62,334 nt of DNA from a virus. Lineage: Duplodnaviria > Caudoviricetes. The stretch's first letter is position 1; the number at the start of each line of letters is the position of its first letter. The notes under the pieces are model-generated. The model made no database searches. It saw nothing but the letters and a program-made list of their open reading frames with translations, and was not told the origin of the DNA. Made by a program: the position numbers and the translations under genes. Below are positions 56,858 to 62,334 of the stretch, piece after piece. The stretch is taken from positions 1 through 62,334 of the IMG/VR virus record IMGVR_UViG_3300000101_000013, one strand, 5' to 3'.

Positions 56858-57832
56858 TTATTTGCCAACAACAGATTTTTTGTTGTCAGCTGTGTCGCCT
56901 GCGCCTTTTTTCTCTGCGCCGTGGCCTTTTGGCTGTGCTTTCATGCTTTTTGATGCTTTGCCGCCTGGAACATTAACGTTACCAGCTGTTTCATCTTTTG
57001 TAGATGTTCCTGCTAGTCCGCCTTCTGTGCCGCCGTTTCCGCCGTCTGCATTCTGCGCCAAGTTTGAAGCAGTTCCGCCCATGTTGTTTGCACCAGCTAC
57101 AGTTGACTTAGTGTTTGCACCGTTGTCGCCCATTTTTGCTGTTACTTTTTCAACATATTCACGCATTGTTTCTGCTTCTGATTTAGTTGATTCGTCAGTT
57201 TCTTCGTCTGCTGCTTCTTCAACTTCTTCATCGTCTGATGCTTCGTCGACTTCTTCGTCTGATGCTTCAAAAGCTACTGCTTCGTCTGCTTCATCTTCGT
57301 CGCCTTCTTCGCCGTCCATGTCTGGCATTTCTTCGTCGCCACCATCTTCGTCGCCCATCATTTTTTCAAATTCTGCTTTTAGATCATCTAAAGCAACTTC
57401 TAGATCGTCAACACGATCTTCAACATCGCCTTCGCCTTCAGCATCTGGTTCCATGTCCATGTCCATATCCATGTCGCCGCCTTCTGCGTCTCCATCCATG
57501 TCCATGCCCATTTTGTCCATCATATCGTCTGCTGGATCACCACCTTCAACTTCAAACTCGTCTAAGTTAAAGTCTTCGTTAGTTTCTTCTTTGTCATCAT
57601 CATCATCTGATGCTTCATCTACTTCTTCATCTGATGCTTCATCTACTTCTTCATCTGATGCTTCATCTACTTCTTCGTCAGTTGTTTCATCAACTTCTAG
57701 ATCTGACTCTAATAGTCCTTCGTAGATATCTCTTGATTTTTCAACCACTATTTCGTGGAATAATTCTTCTGCTCCAGCTTTGTCTTCGTTGACTAGCTTT
57801 TCGAGCATTTCTTCAAATTTGTTACTCGCCAT
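56858..57832 (-). CDS. Highly acidic prohead core / internal protein
   Basis: Asp/Glu/Met-rich low-complexity protein between portal and protease, in the gp67/gp68 position. Confidence 0.65.
   Translation of the reverse strand: MASNKFEEMLEKLVNEDKAGAEELFHEIVVEKSRDIYEGLLESDLEVDETTDEEVDEASDEEVDEASDEEVDEASDDDDDKEETNEDFNLDEFEVEGGDPADDMMDKMGMDMDGDAEGGDMDMDMDMEPDAEGEGDVEDRVDDLEVALDDLKAEFEKMMGDEDGGDEEMPDMDGEEGDEDEADEAVAFEASDEEVDEASDDEEVEEAADEETDESTKSEAETMREYVEKVTAKMGDNGANTKSTVAGANNMGGTASNLAQNADGGNGGTEGGLAGTSTKDETAGNVNVPGGKASKSMKAQPKGHGAEKKGAGDTADNKKSVVGK
57603..57674. repeat. Three perfect 24-nt tandem repeats encoding EEVDEASD
   Basis: TCATCTGATGCTTCATCTACTTCT x3; degenerate copies at about 57200-57270. 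Confidence 0.85.
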
Positions 57833-57915
57833 TATTTTCTCCTATAAATTGTTGTACCTATGGTAAGGCTGTCCATTGTATTTAACGTATAAGGGAAAAA
57901 GTGTATAGAAATAGG

Positions 57916-57936
57916 TTCAAAACGACTCGTTTTGAA
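57916..57936. other. Intergenic inverted repeat
   Basis: TTCAAAACG-ACT-CGTTTTGAA just after the stop of 57941..58699. Confidence 0.5.
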
Positions 57937-57940
57937 GAGA

Positions 57941-58699
57941 TCAGAGCAATGCAAACTGTTTTTTGAATTCCTCTACAGTAATTGTACTGTAGTTTTCAAG
58001 TTTATTTAGTTCCTCAGGACAATAATTATCTGGTATTATAACACGTATAAACTGAGTTTTTTCATGTTCTTTTACAACACTTTGGGTTTGTCTTAACCAA
58101 TTTCCAAAAAATGTTGCAGTATCTTGTGACTTTTTATAGTTAGGTGTATCAGCATATAAGTTATTAAACTTTTGACCATCTTTTAATCCCTTATAATCAA
58201 ACCCTAATATATAAATCCTTTTATGTCTGTGTTGTGCTGATAGCCATAATGCTGTAGGTCCACTTGACCAGCCTTTGCCAGGTTGAAAATAATTAAAATG
58301 CTGTAGTCCTTCATAGGATTTGTTATAGTTTGTCCATACTTGATTTTTTTGTTGATACATAGACTTATTAATTTCTAATATCATTTTAACATCAACAGCA
58401 ATTAAATAATCTGATCTAAATGTTCTATACAAAGCATTACACCCATATACTGGTCCATACTTTTTTAGTTCTTGAGGTTCTATACTTGATCTGCTTAATC
58501 CATTACCTAAGACAAACGCTGCGTTTTGATTGTGAGCAAATCTACTTTCGTCTACTATTTCATTCTGAAGAAAGTCTATTGGTTTAGATCGTTTGGCGTA
58601 TTCTACTTTTTTGTCATGCGACATTTTTTCCAAGCGTCTAATTTCCATTAAACGTGTTGCTTCTTGTTTAGAATACCTAGTCTTATCTAGTTTTGCCAT
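57941..58699 (-). CDS. Rossmann-like protein (DUF115/Maf/sialyltransferase-like) inside the head module
   Basis: FVLGNGLSR...YGCNALYR...YLIAVD...WSSGPTA...IYILGFD. Confidence 0.55.
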   Translation of the reverse strand: MAKLDKTRYSKQEATRLMEIRRLEKMSHDKKVEYAKRSKPIDFLQNEIVDESRFAHNQNAAFVLGNGLSRSSIEPQELKKYGPVYGCNALYRTFRSDYLIAVDVKMILEINKSMYQQKNQVWTNYNKSYEGLQHFNYFQPGKGWSSGPTALWLSAQHRHKRIYILGFDYKGLKDGQKFNNLYADTPNYKKSQDTATFFGNWLRQTQSVVKEHEKTQFIRVIIPDNYCPEELNKLENYSTITVEEFKKQFALL

Positions 58700-58947
58700 T
58701 AAACACCGGCAGCGGCTGCTTGCGCTGCTATTCCATACATTTGTCTTACGAAGTCTAGTTCGTCAGCCTTCTCATTTGTATGTAGCTCGCTTGCTTTCCT
58801 TGCACGGTTAATTTGGCGTAGGGTAAGTCTTGTTTTTCTTGTATCATCAAAATCAACAATTGAATCATCATATTGTGGCTCGTAGCGATGGTCGTCTACA
58901 GGCTCAACAGTTTCTTTATCGTAATAAAATAATTCTCTTAATATCAT
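58699..58947 (-). CDS. Small head-module protein
   Basis: 82 aa, DTRKTRLTLRQINRARK; canonical TATAAATA at 58960..58953. Confidence 0.7.
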   Translation of the reverse strand: MILRELFYYDKETVEPVDDHRYEPQYDDSIVDFDDTRKTRLTLRQINRARKASELHTNEKADELDFVRQMYGIAAQAAAAGV

Positions 58948-58955
58948 AATACTAT

Positions 58956-60707
58956 TTATATCGTTTGTTCGGTTGCTGGTGCTGCGCCAGGTGCTCCGGC
59001 TGTGTCGCCGCCTGTTGCTGTGTCGGGTGGTGTGCCTTCTGCGCCTATTTCTGGTGCTTCGTCATCTGGTGCAATATCTTCTGCTCCACTTATGTCAGCA
59101 CTAATTCCTGCAGAGCTAATTCCTGCACCACGCATTTCTGCGCTTGCATCTGCTGGTGGCTGATTTAGTTCTTCATCATTTTCTTCACGCCACATACGTT
59201 CATTCTCTGCAATCTCTTCTGCACTCATTCCTAAGAAACGTTTCATTGCAAAGCGATTTGAAATATATGGAATAGCACTCATTTGTGTATATGTTGGTAC
59301 ACGAGCATTATCAAGTTCTGATTGTCTATATGCCGCAAAGTTTTGTGGTGGTTCAAATTCTAAGTCAAACATTGCTGTGTCAATGTTTACGCCTTTTTCT
59401 AAAAGATACCTTTTAAATTCTTGGTTTAAGTCTTCAATTATAAGACCTTGTAAACGTTCACAGTATGTATTAAAACGTAATTCTTGAATAAATGCTGTAC
59501 CTACTCTACCATCATTATATGATGAAGTTGCGTCATCACCGCCGGTAGGCAAGTAGCTGCTAGGGATTCGTAAGCCACGTACGAGCTTATTAGTAAAATA
59601 TCTAAGGTCATCAATTTCTCCTAGGTTAGTTCCGCCTGGTAATGTTTCTACTTTTGAGCCTCTTCCTTCTGCGGTTTGTGGAAAGAAGTAATCTTCGTTG
59701 ATTGACAAAGGATTATAAGAACTGTCTATGACATTGGTACCGCCCCCAGTCGCCGATGGAATACGTCTTTGGTGTATTTCCGTTTTAACACGCTCTACAA
59801 ATTGCATAGCAAGGTGACTTGGCATGTTACCCACATCAACATAGAATACCCTGCGCTCTGGCGCACGTTGTACTCGATAGATAATAATAGCATCTTCAAG
59901 TAATTCTTTTTGTTTGAATACTTTAAATATTGTTTCTAGTAATGAGTTACCAAAAGGAAAGTTATTGTCTAGTCCTTCACTTAATGAAAGATGAACTACA
60001 TGCTGTGCATCAACAGCAACTTCGCCTTCTTCAATTGCAAAACGTGATCCTGGAGGTACGTTAACGCCGCCAGTCATTCCTCTTGCTCCGCCTGTTTGAT
60101 AACTTGCACCAGGACTACTTATGTTTCCATTAGTAATATGTGGTGACGTAGCAACCATTTCTTTAAAGTTTAAATTTACGTCTTTAATGATATATTGCTC
60201 AGGCCGCTTGCCTTCACTCTCGTTAACAATAATACGTGTAAGTTTTGCAGGATCAATATGAAACAATTTTTTTGTTTCTGGATCTCTTAAAAATATTGCA
60301 TCTCCGTATTTGAATACATTACGGAACGTTCTAAACATTCGTGTTTCAAAATTATTAATTTTGCACCACTGTTTTAGGTACTGGCCTAAAATATTAATTT
60401 CGTTGTTTGTTGCTGATTTATTATAATGAAAATTAAAATTAGTTCCATTTTCATCATTCTTTTGTGTACAAAATTCAGCAAGAATATCTAGTGCAGCATT
60501 TACTTCTGAATCATTATCCATTGTATTGTATTGACCATAACGTTCGACACGATTTGGACTACCTACATATACATCTGGCAAGTATGATGAATAATTTGAT
60601 CTTGCTGGTCCTGGACGACCGGCTGCGCCGCCGCCACTAATAGGTCCGTAACTGCCGCTTACATTGTCACCTGTGGGCACTGGGGTAAAATATTTTTTCC
60701 AACTCAT
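58956..60707 (-). CDS. gp20: Portal vertex protein (T4 gp20-like)
   Basis: LLEDAIIIYRVQRAPERRVFYVDVGNMP, EDYFFP...GRGSKVETLPGG.NLGEIDD. Confidence 0.95.
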   Translation of the reverse strand: MSWKKYFTPVPTGDNVSGSYGPISGGGAAGRPGPARSNYSSYLPDVYVGSPNRVERYGQYNTMDNDSEVNAALDILAEFCTQKNDENGTNFNFHYNKSATNNEINILGQYLKQWCKINNFETRMFRTFRNVFKYGDAIFLRDPETKKLFHIDPAKLTRIIVNESEGKRPEQYIIKDVNLNFKEMVATSPHITNGNISSPGASYQTGGARGMTGGVNVPPGSRFAIEEGEVAVDAQHVVHLSLSEGLDNNFPFGNSLLETIFKVFKQKELLEDAIIIYRVQRAPERRVFYVDVGNMPSHLAMQFVERVKTEIHQRRIPSATGGGTNVIDSSYNPLSINEDYFFPQTAEGRGSKVETLPGGTNLGEIDDLRYFTNKLVRGLRIPSSYLPTGGDDATSSYNDGRVGTAFIQELRFNTYCERLQGLIIEDLNQEFKRYLLEKGVNIDTAMFDLEFEPPQNFAAYRQSELDNARVPTYTQMSAIPYISNRFAMKRFLGMSAEEIAENERMWREENDEELNQPPADASAEMRGAGISSAGISADISGAEDIAPDDEAPEIGAEGTPPDTATGGDTAGAPGAAPATEQTI

Positions 60708-60708
60708 T

Positions 60709-62334
60709 TTATGCTCTTCCTAATCCGCTCATTAAATTGCCCGCACTGCGCATTGTTCGAATCTGTTTATTTCCAATATCTTTATGCATAGTATTTATAT
60801 TAACTAATTGTAACATGGTTTGGTTCAGAATGTCAAGTTTTTCTTCTACCGATCCGCCTTTTGGCATTGTAGCCATAGCTGTTTTAGCCGCTTCTGTCAT
60901 AGGAGCACCCATAGTTGCCATTTGATCTTGTAATTGTTGTGCTATATCTGGCATTCTGTTCAGCATCGACTTCATATTTGGTATAATTGCGCCGTCCATG
61001 CCTGCTACAAATGTTTCTGGTCCTAGCTCGCCGATTTTATATGCTTCTCCAGATAGTACGCCACCGCCAATTGCTTTTGGAGGTAAATTGCCTAAATTTG
61101 TTGGAACTTCAGTTGTTACTTCTGGATTAAGTTTTCCGTCAAAAAAGTTTGGATCCAGTGAACCGGCAAAAATACTAATAGCACTTCTCAGCTTATCTGC
61201 TCCTGCTTCTAACAAACTTGTAAATTCGCTGTCAGGCCCCATTGCTTCACCGATATTTTTATTAAGTTTTGCAGCACTATTAGCAAGCGCCAATTGTACA
61301 TCGTTTATCGCTGTTGACATTTCTTGACCTGTAACCATTCCGGCTTTTTGGGTTTTAGAAATACTAGTTGTTTCTAATATAATATCGTTAAATGTTCGTA
61401 CATACGAAGCTGTGTCAGTTAAAGGTTCACCTATTTTTTTTGCATGCTCGCTTACTTGGTCGATTATACCGCCTACTTCTTCTAGATTACCAGCTACCAT
61501 TTGTGCAATAGGATTTACTTTAGCATATGTAGCTAGTGTTAATCCTTCAGTGCTGTTAGAAAACGCAATAGAAGCTGCTGTTAGTTGCTCACCTAATTGT
61601 TTGGCTTTATCTTTTTCACCGTTCTTAATTGCGTTTGCCATTTCGCGTCCTAGGCGCTCTGCGTCTTTGTTGGTTGACATAAATGCTTTTGTGCTTTCAC
61701 TCATAGGCACACCAGTTTGAAGTAGATCATCTACTAAATCTCTTGCTGCTTTAGGAGCGCCTTGTAATGATGTTTGGGCCGCTCTATAAGATTCGCCTGC
61801 TCCTTTAATACCTTGTTGCTCTAACAAACGTAGTTTGGCTTGTGTGGCACCACTACGTTGTCTTTCAACTAATTCGTCGTTCATCCTCTTTAGATCTTTA
61901 CCAGCAACTTTTGCCATTACATCCAAAGACTCTGCCATTTGTAAAGAACTTTCAAGCATAAGCTGTTGGTTCATTGTTCCGTCGGCATTTCTAAATTTAG
62001 CATCTCTTCGTTGGAATTCTAAATTCTTTAAAATAAATTCATTTGATTCTTGTAAACTATAACCTAAGTTTTGGAAGCCGGCAATAGTGTCACCTTCCAT
62101 CATTGCAGAACTTAGTTGTCTAAAACGTTTTATACCACCGGTCACGCCTCCTGCAAAGCCGCCAAGCAATTCTGAATTGTTTCCAACCATATTTGCAAAG
62201 TCACCTAAGGTCATTCTGGTTTCGGCTGCGGACATACGTAATTCGCCTAGTCTACCTTCAAGACCTGCACCTACTTTAGATAACCCTTTGAATGTATCGT
62301 TTGTTTCTTCAAAATACCCAATTACAGCCCCTAT
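60709..62334 (-). CDS. Tape-measure / baseplate-hub-like protein (5' partial)
   Basis: Helical Ala/Gln-rich protein with a GG.V.....Y.IGE.GPE.FV motif. The frame stays open from 62235 to the window end. Confidence 0.6.
   Translation of the reverse strand: MGAVIGYFEETNDTFKGLSKVGAGLEGRLGELRMSAAETRMTLGDFANMVGNNSELLGGFAGGVTGGIKRFRQLSSAMMEGDTIAGFQNLGYSLQESNEFILKNLEFQRRDAKFRNADGTMNQQLMLESSLQMAESLDVMAKVAGKDLKRMNDELVERQRSGATQAKLRLLEQQGIKGAGESYRAAQTSLQGAPKAARDLVDDLLQTGVPMSESTKAFMSTNKDAERLGREMANAIKNGEKDKAKQLGEQLTAASIAFSNSTEGLTLATYAKVNPIAQMVAGNLEEVGGIIDQVSEHAKKIGEPLTDTASYVRTFNDIILETTSISKTQKAGMVTGQEMSTAINDVQLALANSAAKLNKNIGEAMGPDSEFTSLLEAGADKLRSAISIFAGSLDPNFFDGKLNPEVTTEVPTNLGNLPPKAIGGGVLSGEAYKIGELGPETFVAGMDGAIIPNMKSMLNRMPDIAQQLQDQMATMGAPMTEAAKTAMATMPKGGSVEEKLDILNQTMLQLVNINTMHKDIGNKQIRTMRSAGNLMSGLGRA

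Noticed and set aside
57603-57674. Possible CRISPR-like array
   Set aside because: Head-to-tail in-frame coding repeats without spacers.
56862-57725. Long plus-strand ORFs antisense to structural genes (e.g. 287 aa here, 242 aa at 45096, 185 aa at 50051)
   Set aside because: These are shadow ORFs caused by codon bias and low complexity of the real minus-strand genes; they show no recognisable motifs.
1-62334. Stop-codon reassignment or a confident cyanobacterial host assignment
   Set aside because: Genes are intact and tightly packed in the standard code. No photosynthesis genes occur here; the riboswitch and bilin-type repeats are suggestive but not sufficient to name a host.

Overview
This is an AT-rich segment of a large T4-like (myovirus-type) bacteriophage genome, probably aquatic, read in the standard genetic code. 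The host cannot be assigned from this window. Almost all genes lie on the minus strand. From right to left in transcription order: a partial tape-measure/hub-like gene; the T4-like head module (portal gp20, acidic core protein, gp21 protease, gp22 scaffold, gp23 capsid); a small accessory island with sigma70-type promoters (speD, a glutamine riboswitch with a 50-aa basic peptide, an unclassified ~215-nt structured RNA, and a BtuB-like TonB receptor plus a DUF6580-like membrane protein); about 28 kb of giant paralogous virion/tail proteins; three tandem Cys-rich Gly-rich proteins with a tail-fibre chaperone; a ~10 kb modification cluster (GT9-like glycosyltransferase, carbamoyltransferase, HldE/HldD/GmhB, six 2OG-Fe(II) oxygenases, cupin, SGNH-like protein); further virion proteins (cupredoxin-motif proteins, a subtilase with a large insert, a Calx-beta/Gly-rich adhesin); and a convergent plus-strand gp15/Nudix/cupin block. 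The most striking signal is a tandem array of about 8 phycobiliprotein-like helical repeats in a split giant virion protein, each keeping the bilin-attachment-type Cys (KCxRDxGY). All calls come from motif recognition by eye; no database searches were run.
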